A stretch of DNA of 64,000 nucleotides from contig OZ287071.1 in the NCBI GenBank assembly GCA_965645245.1, positions 2,728,001-2,792,000 of the forward strand, written 5' to 3'. Within the stretch, counting starts at the first letter, position 1. Each line of letters opens with the position of its first letter. Below, piece by piece: positions 21,635 to 32,836 of the stretch. Source of the DNA: Massalongia carnosa. Lineage: Eukaryota. The notes below the pieces were generated by a model. It saw only the letters and a list, made by a program, of their open reading frames with translations, ran no database searches and was not told the DNA's origin. The position numbers and the translations under genes are program-made.

Positions 21635-24136
21635 ATGGAGTCTCTCACCGTCGCCGAGCTAAGAGAGCTTCTTCGGCGATCAGAGCAAAATCTCGAAAAT
21701 GAGCGAGTTTCTCGGGAGCAAGCTGAGAGACAACTTCGCAGCACAACTCTGCAAGCTGAGAGACAACTTCGCAGCACAACTCTTCTCGAGTTCTTAGATG
21801 CAGCACATGTTAACTTCTCCATGAATATGAAGGTGCAGATGAATAAAACATTGGCAACTAAAGGCGATCCCTCTAATGCCGACGGGAAACTTTGTCCAAG
21901 GCTCATTAAACCATGGATAGAATTCAACACCCAACAGAAGGCTACGTGGCAACAACTTGAGGAGTTGAGCAACACTATCAAGTCTTCGCGAGTTTTCAGC
22001 ACACTGGCTTACTTGGAGGGGTCCGAGTTTCAGTTTGAGAGGATGATCGCATCCGAGAAGGATCTAGAATTTTTCGAGCGATACGCTGTCGAAAGCCAAG
22101 TCTCTCAGATTATTAAACACTTTAGCACCGACCCTGTAATCAAGGAGAAACTGCATCTGAACGGTGGAGTGGTTTTTGAAAATCACCAGAACACTTTAAG
22201 CTTCGACGACCCTGAAGTTGCCAGCCGCATGCATCAGTTAAGTCTACAAACACCTCGAAAGGATTCTACGAAACACAATCCGGTCATGGCAAGAGCTCCC
22301 GAACTCGTACTAAAGCATACGGATCAGATGTGTGTATATAACGTGGCAGAGGGCCAGAACATTGTGTGTTTTATTATCGAGTACAAGGCCCCCCATAAGT
22401 TAACTCTGGCACACTTGAAGGAGGGACTTCGGCCCATGAATCCGATGAAGGACCTGATGCAATGCCCAAATATTCCGAGCAAAGACCAGGCCGAAGCTCG
22501 AGTTGCATATCACTCTGGCCTTCTCGTGGCTGCAGTCATCACGCAAGCTTTTTCATATATGGTGGAGAGCGGGTTACAGTTTGGTTACGTTTGTACGGGA
22601 GAAGGCTTTGTGTTCTTAAATGTGCGACCCGAGGACCCAACAACGGTATACTATCATCTGTCTATTCCCAACATCGATGTTGGTTCCAGCACCGGGTGGT
22701 CCCCTGACTCTACAGCACCGAACCGTTTACATTTGACAGCGCTTGGGCAAGTCCTCGCATTCACTCTCCAGACTTTGCAACAGCGGGCTCTAGGAGCTGA
22801 GTGGATTGGCAAGGCGAAAGGAGTGCTCGACAGATGGGTGGTTGACCCTCAGTCAATACTGGCACAAATCCCCGAATCGGTGCGCTTAGAGATCGCACAT
22901 TCCGAGTTCAAGCCTACGACACGGCGACAAGAACTTCTCGCCTTTCACTCTCCCCGTTTTCTTCGTTCTAAAGCTGAAAGCCTCCGCCAATTCGATTTAG
23001 ATGGAGTAAATGTGGATGACCAAATGAGCTCGGGCGATGATGAGGATGATGATAAACACGGCGATGGAGATGAGGACAAAGATGATGATGTTGATACTCC
23101 AAGTAGGCAATCAGGCCGGCCCCGAGACTTCAAAAAATCTATGGCCCCTCGCAAGCGCTACGACACCAGAAACTCGGGACTACGTGTAGCGTATTGTACA
23201 CAGCGCTGCCTTCGTGGCTTGTTGATGGGGGGCATCCTTGATAGAAATTGTCCTAACCATCGGCGTCATCATAAACACGGCGACTATCACTCCATCACTT
23301 CGGAGACCTTTCTTCTTCTCGTCCGACAGCAGCTCTTCAAGAACCTTGACGCTGGCTGCTACCCTCTCTATGTGCAGGGTTCTCGGGGGGCTTTGTTCAA
23401 GGTGCAACTGCTCTCACATGGATACACCGTTGCGGCTAAGTGCACTATATACGCGTACGTCGAGGACCTCATTCACGAGGGGGAGGTGTACAAGCAACTC
23501 GAAAAAATCCAAGGTATTCACATTCCGGTATGCCTTGGAAATATTAACCTGGAGAGAATATACACCTTCAATTGCGGCGTACAGATTGTTCACATGATGC
23601 TCATGGCCTGGGGCGGATCACGTATTGACAGTCCATCGAGTTTACCAAAGCTGCAGCTGGTGACGAAGCAAGCGATTCACGCGATTCACGCGATCCACGA
23701 ACTTGGTATCCTGCACATGGACGTGTCGCCGCGCAACATTCTGTGGAGCGACGAACTCCAACGGGTCATGTTCATCGATTTCGAAAGAGCGGTAATCAAG
23801 ATGCCTATGCCTCCGCTCACCGCCAACAGCGCTCTAATGCTCAATTCCCCCAACCCCAAGCGAAAATGGGGGTGCGAGGCCGAGAAGAACATGCTGCGTA
23901 TGACTTGCGAAGAACCGGTTTCGGGCAGGACGGAGTTTCGGATTTTCACCGAGAGGACTAAGGTGGAGGCCAAGGATATGTTACTTGTAAATTACACGGA
24001 GCAGGATCCAGACATGATAGAATTTCGGGTTTTAGCTGAGGAAGAGGACACGGGGAATGAGGTTCATTGGAGCCAACCCTTTTCATCGGAGATAAAGTAT
24101 CTGAAGCGGGAACTGAGAAGTCTTCAAAAAGCTTAA
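21635..24136 (+). CDS. Spok-family (spore killer-like) nuclease-kinase protein, ~833 aa, intronless
   Basis: N-terminal coiled coil; TTLLEFLDAAH, TKGDPSNAD, SEKDL..F, FENHQNTL; nuclease TDQMCVY..IIEYKAPHKL; ITQAFSYM..FGYVCTGEGFVFL; acidic linker; C-x3-C-x13-C-x5-H-x6-H cluster; kinase GSRGALFKV, AAK, HMDVSPRNIL, IDFER. Start ATG placed at MESLTVAEL; the ORF is open from 21410. Confidence 0.85.
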   Translation: MESLTVAELRELLRRSEQNLENERVSREQAERQLRSTTLQAERQLRSTTLLEFLDAAHVNFSMNMKVQMNKTLATKGDPSNADGKLCPRLIKPWIEFNTQQKATWQQLEELSNTIKSSRVFSTLAYLEGSEFQFERMIASEKDLEFFERYAVESQVSQIIKHFSTDPVIKEKLHLNGGVVFENHQNTLSFDDPEVASRMHQLSLQTPRKDSTKHNPVMARAPELVLKHTDQMCVYNVAEGQNIVCFIIEYKAPHKLTLAHLKEGLRPMNPMKDLMQCPNIPSKDQAEARVAYHSGLLVAAVITQAFSYMVESGLQFGYVCTGEGFVFLNVRPEDPTTVYYHLSIPNIDVGSSTGWSPDSTAPNRLHLTALGQVLAFTLQTLQQRALGAEWIGKAKGVLDRWVVDPQSILAQIPESVRLEIAHSEFKPTTRRQELLAFHSPRFLRSKAESLRQFDLDGVNVDDQMSSGDDEDDDKHGDGDEDKDDDVDTPSRQSGRPRDFKKSMAPRKRYDTRNSGLRVAYCTQRCLRGLLMGGILDRNCPNHRRHHKHGDYHSITSETFLLLVRQQLFKNLDAGCYPLYVQGSRGALFKVQLLSHGYTVAAKCTIYAYVEDLIHEGEVYKQLEKIQGIHIPVCLGNINLERIYTFNCGVQIVHMMLMAWGGSRIDSPSSLPKLQLVTKQAIHAIHAIHELGILHMDVSPRNILWSDELQRVMFIDFERAVIKMPMPPLTANSALMLNSPNPKRKWGCEAEKNMLRMTCEEPVSGRTEFRIFTERTKVEAKDMLLVNYTEQDPDMIEFRVLAEEEDTGNEVHWSQPFSSEIKYLKRELRSLQKA

Positions 24137-24711
24137 GGGTTGGTTTGAGAGTGAGTGCGTTTGCTGCTGCGGTTGTTTGTCTGAATCATTTGGTATTCAA
24201 GTGTATTCATGGAGTTTAGTAGATACCTCAAAGGCGTTGTTAGTTTTATTGAAGATAGTGCAAGTTTTCAAGAGCCGTGATCTTGGCTTTTATGTAGGAT
24301 ATAGGCACACATAAAAGTAATTCTGCTAGGGCGAAAGGTAATGCGGGGACCGAGTGGAGGCAGGCCGTAGACAGCCGACGGAGGCCAAAGTTCGAAGGAG
24401 GATGATGCCCAAAATAGTTGGACAAGCAAGGGAGAGAAAAGGTCATAAATAGGTGGCCTTTTGGCACTCTTCTCCTCATCATCACCATTGATTCGGAGTT
24501 CAGCACCAAAAGGTCTTTTGCCCACCCACCCACTCCCTGAATCATCCGCATAGGTAGATGGAGTTTTTCCCTCACTGCTGCCAAAACAAAGCCATTATAG
24601 GAGGGGCCGTCAGCAAAACTGAGCGCCAGCAGGGCAGCGAGGGGAGAGTTGACCCAACATAAATAGAAATTATGTATATGTTCAGCTGACACGATAGAGC
24701 CCGCGAATTAC

Positions 24712-24733
24712 CACACACACACACACACACACA
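24712..24733. repeat. (CA)n microsatellite
   Basis: About 11 CA units. Confidence 0.9.
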
Positions 24734-25661
24734 GATGTAAAACCGAAAAACTCACCAGAAGGCGATTAAGGAGACGGAACTCCCTCTGTAGAAAGCTGAA
24801 AGACAAGTCAGAAGCGAAGAAACCGAGAACCAAATTCAGAAAGCTACATGAAAGCCCTGATGCTGCGTGCACGCCCGGAGCTTGCTATGTATGTACATGT
24901 AAATACACCCGTTTGCAAAATGGTGTGCCGAACTTTGAACCCCGAAACTGCGCGGTGAAAAAAAAATAAGAGACAGAAGTGGACCACACACCAGAATTTG
25001 GTACACTACCTAATAGCCCTTCTCCCCTTCATATCGCCCTTTGCAGTCTATAGAATAGTACGGTTAATGATATCCTTTTGATTGTCGTTTGTATGAACTT
25101 TCAACGTATTTATTTTAATCATCATGCCTCGAAAACAGCCTCCTAAACAGCCTCCAAAACAGCCTCTCATACAGCCCTTCAAACAATCCAGAAAACGGGC
25201 ATCTACTACTAAATTGCCTAGAAACTTAGCATCTTCATTCAAACAAAGACTTAGAATGAATTCTTTTAAATCATCATCATCAGTTTTAAATTCCTGTATT
25301 CCTGATCTTTTATCACGTTCATCTTCATCACCTCCTTCAGCTTCTTCTTCGACTTCTTCTTTATCTTCTCGTCTCGTCTTCTTCGAATCAAGAAATGTTC
25401 GACTCGCAATAATGCGCCTTCTTCTTGTCTTTCATTATCTAATGCTTCTGAATCTGAATCTGAAACTGAGCCCGAGTTTGTTTTGTTTATTCTAATGACA
25501 AAGACAATGTTTGAAGCGGAAAGATGAATAACGAAGTTAAAACGACTGTTACAGCGGTACTCAGTACTGCTAGCCAGCGGGCGCAATGCATAAGCGTCTA
25601 AGTAGATACGGTGACGTACTCGTACCAGGCGCGGGGCACCTATATATAGCGTAATAAGCGG

Positions 25662-25707
25662 TAGTGTCTACATAGGAGAACTACCATAGTAGCCCTTTGG
25701 CTCAGTG
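25662..25707. repeat. 46-bp dispersed repeat, copy 1 (copy 2 at 47645..47690)
   Basis: tagtgtct(a/c)cataggagaactaccatagtagcc(c/t)tttggctcagtg; 2 mismatches between copies. Confidence 0.85.
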
Positions 25708-25765
25708 TTATGGCTATGGTATTATGATATCCATATAATGCTGAAAACGTCAAGCCCAGGCTTAA

Positions 25766-25872
25766 CGAGATGCTTAGGGACGTACAAGCTAGTAATGCAA
25801 CTGCCAACAGCACATTAAACTCTTTTCGGTTTAAATCGTATGACGTGTTTATTGCTACTAATAATTACCCTA
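25766..25872 (+). mobile_element. Isolated terminal fragment of the MULE family at 27275..32429
   Basis: cgagatgcttagggac + caagctagtaatgcaactgccaacagcacattaaactc...ttattgctactaataattaccct matches the reverse complement of 32306-32429 joined to 30538-30554. Confidence 0.8.
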
Positions 25873-26339
25873 ATCGTGCTAAACCACTTTCGGAATGGAA
25901 GAGCATCCCTTATCGACGATGATGGAAAGAAGTATGAGGTGCGTCCACGACTTCAGCGAGATACATCTTTTCGTCTCCTTTCGCACGCGCTGTTGTCTCG
26001 CGGTATCGATGTTCGGCCAGGCTGGTGCTGTAAGCGGATTCAGTCTTGTCGGCGTAGATTCGGATCGCGACACAAGTCTCCCGGAATACTTCATAGATGG
26101 GATTTGACGCCTTAGCTGCTTCAAGAGCACTGTTGACTTTTCTGATCAAGACATCCGTAGGCTGGTTGGCGAAGAAAAGAACCGACTTGGAAAAAGCGAG
26201 TGAAAAGGAAAGGCAATCAGTAATTAAAGAGGCGTGGAGTACAATTAAATTAATCTAGATTTTTGCTTTAATTTTGGTGTGTATTTTAAGAATTTCATTC
26301 TACGAGTTTGATCCCACGAGTTATGTCTCCTTACGACTT

Positions 26340-26760
26340 TTATTCCCCCAGGGCTTTTGTCCCCTCAGGGACTTTATTTCCCCAGGGCTTTTATTCTCGC
26401 AGGGCTTTCATTCCCTCGGGAAACGAAAGCTCTGAGAGAATAAAAGCTCTGGGGAAATAAAATCGCTAGCCAAGAAAAACGCCCAAGGCTTTGAAATGAC
26501 TGAGGCTTTTTAGTCCATATTTATTTCAATCACTACTCCCTTTCAGTCCCTACTCTCGTCTAATTCCTACCCACTTCCAGTCCCTACTCCCTTTCAGTCA
26601 CTACTCTCTTCCAGTTCCTATGCTTTTTGAATTCCTACTCCCTTCCAGTCTCTACTCTCTTTCAGTCTTCACTCTCTTTCAACGTCTACAATCTTTCAGT
26701 CCCTTCTCTCTTTCAATCCCTACCCTCTTTCAGTCCCTACGCTTTTAAAGCCCTACTAGT
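26340..26760. repeat. Degenerate ~17-bp repeats forming a foldback (26373..26462), then a ~17-bp pyrimidine-rich minisatellite
   Basis: ccccagggctttta-type units followed by their inverted copies; then ~13 units resembling cagtccctactc(c/t)ctt. Confidence 0.75.
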
Positions 26761-27411
26761 CCTCACCCCCTTTAGCGATAATATTTAACTTTAACTTTTA
26801 TGAAAAGCTTCATTCGCGAGACACTTGTCTCCGTTATATTAAGTGTAAAATATATCGTAAAACACGGATGAGTCTATGAAATGTTTCATTTACGACGTTC
26901 AGGATTTTAAATAATGAGGGGTTTATAAAAGGATCTCATGAAAGAGGATTGGGAAAGAACTTTTGGGTCACCGGAGGATTAAATGATGACGTCTATTAAT
27001 AACAAGTGCCGGTGCTAAATGAAGAAGAAAGATGAATCAAATCCTTGAATACTCCGCTGGATTCGAGCTAAACCGTAATAGAAAACAGATATTTCACGCC
27101 GCTGACACGAACAATTATCAACAGTTAACAAAAAGATAAGAATTCTCTGTTGACTGCACACACTGAAATGCAAAGACACTAACTAACCCCGTAAGAGCCT
27201 TGCACTACTAGAAGAGAGCTTTACCATAGCAATGCCTCTAGTGATAATCTTTCGTGCTTTCTATAGCTTTGTCTCGAGATGCTTAGGGACAGTCCCCCTG
27301 TGTAAATCTTTACTAGTAAACAGCCTTTTTACTACTCATCCAGGGTGCGTACAAGCTAGCATACACTACGTATTAATAATGTTGCTGTTACTGACTAAGT
27401 GTATTCCACAC

Positions 27412-30384
27412 CTACAAATCTACCGATTGCGATGACTTCAACTCCAAAAACTCGTCAGCCAATTGCGATACATCATCTTTTCTAGGCTTCATGGTTTTAG
27501 CCACCTTTCTCATCGCCGTTTCCTTTCTCGCTTGAGCCCTAGCCTGTTTGACTGATTTCTCGACTCTTTGCTGAGATTCCAACTCCAACTGAGCCTTTGA
27601 TTTCTTCGCCACACCCCGAGACCTTCGCGTTGTTGCAGAGGAAGTAGGGAGAATTTGACTGGCGCGCACGTTTTGGCTAAGACTATAAAGAGATGGAGCC
27701 GGCGCTGCCTGAGGTAGGGCTTTTTGACTATGCTTGGCAAGCACATCGTCATATCTTCGAGCGAATCCGACGAGGCTTCTGATGTAAGAATAATATCATT
27801 TTCGTCATCCGAAGGAAGCATAGGATCCATAGAACGACCGAGAATGGGCTGAGTGCTTATATACTGCACCTCGTCATCGTCGTCGCAGACGATAGACGCG
27901 TTTTCGATTCTCTCCATAACTAAGTTTTCTCCTAAACCTATTGTACCCAATATTAGCCGACCCGAGCGCAATAACTTTGCAACATCGTGAGTTTTACCTT
28001 CTGTTTCACCTTCAACCTCATCGTCGCCCCCAGCATGCAATCTATTATATCTAAGCCTCCTCCCTTGTTCAATAGAGTCCCTTCGCCTAGTACGTCGCTG
28101 TTCAGTTTCTCTAGCCTCAGCTGCCTCGCGACCAGTATAGGCACGTCGACGACTCCCTCCTTTCTTATACATGAGGTTTTCTTTGGGCCGAATTTCGTCG
28201 GGGAATGTGGTGGGGATGAGAGGTCTTACCAGCTCCTTCTTTGCCATTTCTTATGAACTTTTCAACGATGTGAGCATGCTCGCGAGCGTACTCCTCCCTT
28301 CGATGAGAATCTTCTATTGATTGCTGCAGGTCAATAGGTTGATATGCCACAGAATGTAGCAAATCAAGGCCCCCGCGGCGAAATCTATCCTCACTCAACA
28401 CGCCTTCTTCGAGCTCGACCTCATCCTTATCCGCCTCAATCTCTCCCGTCCCTTCGACCTCATCGACGATCTTTTCGACCTCGGGCTCCGAGCCGCGAGC
28501 GAAATCAAAGGTCATTTGCCAAGAGACCGCATAAGGTGGGCCATCAAAAAACCAGCAGGGGTGGATGAGGGAAACGGGAATAGGGACCTAGTCGATGATG
28601 CATTTATACAACCAGCATTTGCATGGGAGACCCAACTCACAATCATAAACACAGCTTCCACCATCAGGGACAATAGAAAGGATTCGTTCAGCTAATGATT
28701 TGGCGGCATCTAGTTCTCTTGAAACGAGGCCAATGGCATGTTGCGTAATTTTCCCATTGAGTAACGTAAAATCATTTCTATCGATCAATCTAGGATTGCG
28801 TATTCGCTGTTGATTGCACAAAATCCTGATCTAATTGTTTTTTCCGCACCTCATCACATATTTTCTGCACCGATTGTCTTATAGGAGTATTTCTATTGGT
28901 CACATTTTTAACCAATGAATGTAGACCTTCTGAACGCTGTGTGCTGTGTGCGCCTAAAGTAGGGAGTTTAGTAGTATATGCATACACGAATTGAATTTCT
29001 TGACGTTGATAGAAATTCATGAGATAATCCTGCGAAAGAGGTAGCGTTAGCAGTAGCCCTAACTCGCTTGAAATTTAATTTGATATATCACTACTAACCT
29101 TTTCTGCGGGATGAAGTTCATTCAGCAAATTTCTTCGTCTCTCACCCAACTCATCAATAGTGAGGGTTTTAATATAATCCCAAATCAGAGTCTTCAGCTT
29201 TTTGCGCACTTCTTGGGGATATTTTCCTTCCTTGATCAGTCGTTTTTTTATTGCCTCGGCCGCATGCCACGTGCACAGCTGCAAAACGCATCTCTCCTCG
29301 TCCGCTTTCATCGTTGATTGGTTTAGATTTTCGGCGACCTCTCTTGCAATGGTCAATGCAGCATCGAGATCAATTGCCGGAGCTTTAGCTTTTCTTTGCA
29401 TGGCTACAGTCAACCCAGCTGCAAAATCCCCGAGAATCACCCTAGGCCCGGGGCAATCATCATGAAAAATCAACTCTTTCCATACATTTGAAAATAAAAG
29501 TGAAACATTCGGCCGATTCAGAAGTTATATAGCAATAAGCGACGGGAAACGAAAGGTCGGTGTTAGTGATTCCAACCAAAACGGATAAAGGCAAGTTCAA
29601 TTTATTAGTATTGAACGTTGCATCCGTTTCTAATAAAAACCCACCCACGAAACGTCGAGCCAGCCTAATTTGCTCTGCATTGTAAAAAAAAAAAAATTTT
29701 CTATCACCCGTCTCTCACGCACATTATTCTTATCAATATATTTTTCCTTACACCGTACATGAAAGCCCCTTCTTTCAACGAGCCCAAGGCAAAAAGAAGC
29801 TCTTCTTCAGGCGTGTGAGCTCCCTCCGAATGAGCGAGATTATAATAATCGCTCCTCGACAGACGGAGTCCTTGGATTCCTAATATTCTCGCTGCTTGGC
29901 CATATTGGGTTGACGATGCACGGAGACTCTTCCCTTGATCTAGGGCATCTGTTCGATCAGGGTCCCTACTATGATATTCTCTGAATGCAAAGGGATCAGT
30001 GGCCATCTCATGATTGTGCTCGCAGTTAGTGACTATTAGTCTCCATGCATTGTCTTTGTGTTTTTTGAGACGGAGGCGATAAGGGCACTCATTGAACGAA
30101 ACTTTGGTATTGGCTCGCACCCGGTCTTCCTCTTCTACTTTTCTAGTGTTTCTAACTCTTTTGTGGTGGCGTGTGCAGTCTAATACGATTAAATGGTTTT
30201 TCTTATCGTGAGTTTCTGTGACCAACGCGAAGCCTTCGGTGAAGGCATAGTCTTGAAGACGAGTCTTTTCCTCCTCCCAAGACGAAAATAACTCATTCTC
30301 TTGCGGAGGGAGGAGGTGAGGTGGGGGTAGAAGGGCAATGGCATGTTGTTTCCGTGCATCCAAAGAAGTGGGATCGAACTCCAT
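27412..30384 (-). pseudogene. MULE transposase (FAR1 + MULE), multiple frameshifts
   Basis: GFALV..CTRH..CPYRL..HNHEM; ETDATFNTNKLNLPL; VILGDFAAGL; LQLCTWH; STQRSEGLH; GLPCKCW. Probable intron near 29030-29097. Confidence 0.85.
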
Positions 30385-30554
30385 CGCGATGAGGAGTAGT
30401 AAAATATATAATATGAGGTATAGCATAAGTGGAAGGGGAGATTTAGGGAGGGCAAAGGGTTAGGACAAGGGCAAGGGCAAATGGTAAGTGAAGGTGAGGG
30501 TGAGGGTGAGGGTGAGGGTATGCTTTATCAGACTGAGTAGGGTAATTATTAGTA

Positions 30555-32305
30555 CAGTCAGATCGGGTTATAAGAAACTGCTGATTAAGAAACCTCGGCT
30601 AGTAAGAAACCCGGACGAAAAGACCGGTTTTTTTCTGGTGAGGGATAAGAAACCTCGCTCTATTAGAAAGTTTCTTAACTTTCTCTAAAAATTTTGCGGT
30701 GGTTTCTTATAGTAAATATGACTTCTCCTTCGACTTCATTGAGATATAATAGTCAAAATCCGGAGACTCCATCTCGAAATCCTTGAAAACGTCCTACATC
30801 CCCGCTTTCTTCCAGAGAGAGAAGCAGAAAAAAGCGTGACGCCTTTACCGACGACCAACGACGAGCATTACGGCAGCGTTACCAAGATCCTGCTGTATCT
30901 AGAGAGGACAAGAAATACGAAAAACTAGCCGTTTGGTTTGACAATCTTTACCGTCATAAAATTGACAAAGGACAAGTTTCCAAAATCCTCTCACATAAAT
31001 GGGCTCATCTGGATACATCTCACGCATTGCTACGCCCGAATCTGAAGAAAACTCGAACTGCGCATTGGCCTGAATTAGAAACGGCCTAATTTGAGTGGCA
31101 ACAGCGCATGCAACGCAAAAGAGCGCCTTTGTCGGGCGATTTGTTAAGAGAAATGGCCTTGAAATTTTGGAAACGATTACCTCTATATCGTAATCAACCA
31201 GCTCCCAGGTTCTCTATTGGATGGCTGGATTCTTTCAAAAGAAGATACAAGATTACAAAACATAAACAACACGGCGAGCTCTGTTCCGTCAAGCGTGTGG
31301 AGGTTGAAGAAGAGCTAGAAGTAATACGGGTACAGCTATTATCATACGATCAGGAAGATATCTACAACATGGATGAAACTGCGTTATTTTGGAAGGCTAC
31401 ACTCAGTACTACATTGGCTACGGAACAGCTCTCAGGCGGCAAGGTGGAAAAAGCAAGAATTACTGCAAATTTCTGTTGCAATGCTACTGGAACTCACAAG
31501 CTTCTCATATGGTTCATTGGGACGGCCAAAAATCCGCGTGCTTTTGGTTCACATGGTGTTCACGCTTGTAACCTGCATATGGTATGACGCAATAACAACA
31601 GAGCTTGGATGTCGGACGATATATTTCGGGAGTATTTACGCTGGTTTAATGGCAACGTAAGTCGTAAGGTTGACTGAAATCTCGTGTAATCGGGGCAAAA
31701 TAAGGGCCAATGACTCGAGAAGAGGCAGAGAAATATGGCTATCTCAATGAGACTCGGGCACAAGAGCAAGAAACGGAGCAACGACTACAGATACAAGCTA
31801 CAATACGGCGTTTGGAAGACCATGGTCATATACAAAGCGCCATGCGTATTGGCGAATTTCTGAACCCTGTTGAAGAGGTGCTAGAGGATAACGAAGAGGA
31901 TAACGAAGAGGATAACGAAGAGGATAACGAAGAGGATTTGAAGGATCACATCGTTGCTATATATGGTGATCATGAAAGGGAATACGAGACGGAGGAGAAG
32001 GAGGTCATTGTATCACGTGTTCAAAACAAGGACGCTCTACGAGCTCTTGAAACGTTACGGTTATATGAGGAGCAACGAGAGGTCGGTGACGATGATTTGA
32101 TACGTCGTCTGAATCGTAAAGAGTGAGATATCAAGACCTCAATGGCGATTAGCTCTAGGCAAGCTGTAATGACGGATTTCTTTGTCATTAGGTAGTCGAT
32201 AGGTATAGTCTTGAAAATATGCCAAGAATTTTGATATTAGAAACCTTGCCTAATAAGAAACCTAGATGCTACGATTTTGGAGTTTCTTATAACCCGATCT
32301 GACTG
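30555..32305 (+). mobile_element. pogo/Tigger (CENP-B-like) DNA transposon, internally deleted
   Basis: Perfect 25-bp TIR cagtcagatcgggttataagaaact; TA at 30553-54 and 32306-07. Transposase remnant FSIGWLDSFKRRY, IYNMDETALFW, CCNATGTHK, with stops. Confidence 0.93.
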
Positions 32306-32836
32306 TAGCAATAACACGTCATACAATTTAAACCGAAAAGAGTTTAATGTGCTGTTGGCAGTTGCATTACTAGCTTGCACCCTTTACACAGGGGGGGACG
32401 GTCGGGGGGGACTGTCCCTAAGCACCTCGCGAATACTCCCAACCTTGTTGTCTCCAAGCGCTAGGATCGGTGTAAAGTGAAGAGAGAGGCGAAGGGATCA
32501 TCATCGAAGCGCTGATGTAGAGTCACTAAGGATCGTTCTAGTTACTCTGTACTCTTCTTTGATCGTTGTTTTTGGCAATAACGATATCATGCATTTCTTG
32601 AGATGGCATGTTTGGATGTTCGAGGACACTTGCCATGGTGCCAGGATCAACGAATCACGGCTTTGTGTTGTATGAATAATGTATTAGCGAAAGCGCCTCC
32701 ACGTCCTTTTCTGACCACGAAACACGCAACCCGGCGCGTGTGGGTGCGTGGGGGCTCAACTCGTCTCTCTTGTCTCTCTTTTCTGGTCGCAATCCGATCA
32801 GCGACGCAGGCCTCGACATTACACGATCTATCCTTA

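Larger units (their letters stand above)
27275..32429 (-). mobile_element. Second MULE element, with pogo/Tigger insertion in its upstream end
   Basis: Inverted ends cgag(a/g)tgcttagggacagtccccc at 27275 and 32429 enclose a MULE transposase; no matching TSD. Confidence 0.8.

Noticed and set aside
21635..24136. FtsH/M41 metalloprotease or LPS kinase label often given to such proteins
   Set aside because: No AAA module or transmembrane segments; the nuclease + Cys cluster + kinase order fits the Spok family.
24246..26250. Short ORFs on both strands (e.g. 24246..24692, 25124..25495, 25910..26149)
   Set aside because: No recognisable motifs; AT-shifted low-complexity sequence, probably decayed TE or gene relics.
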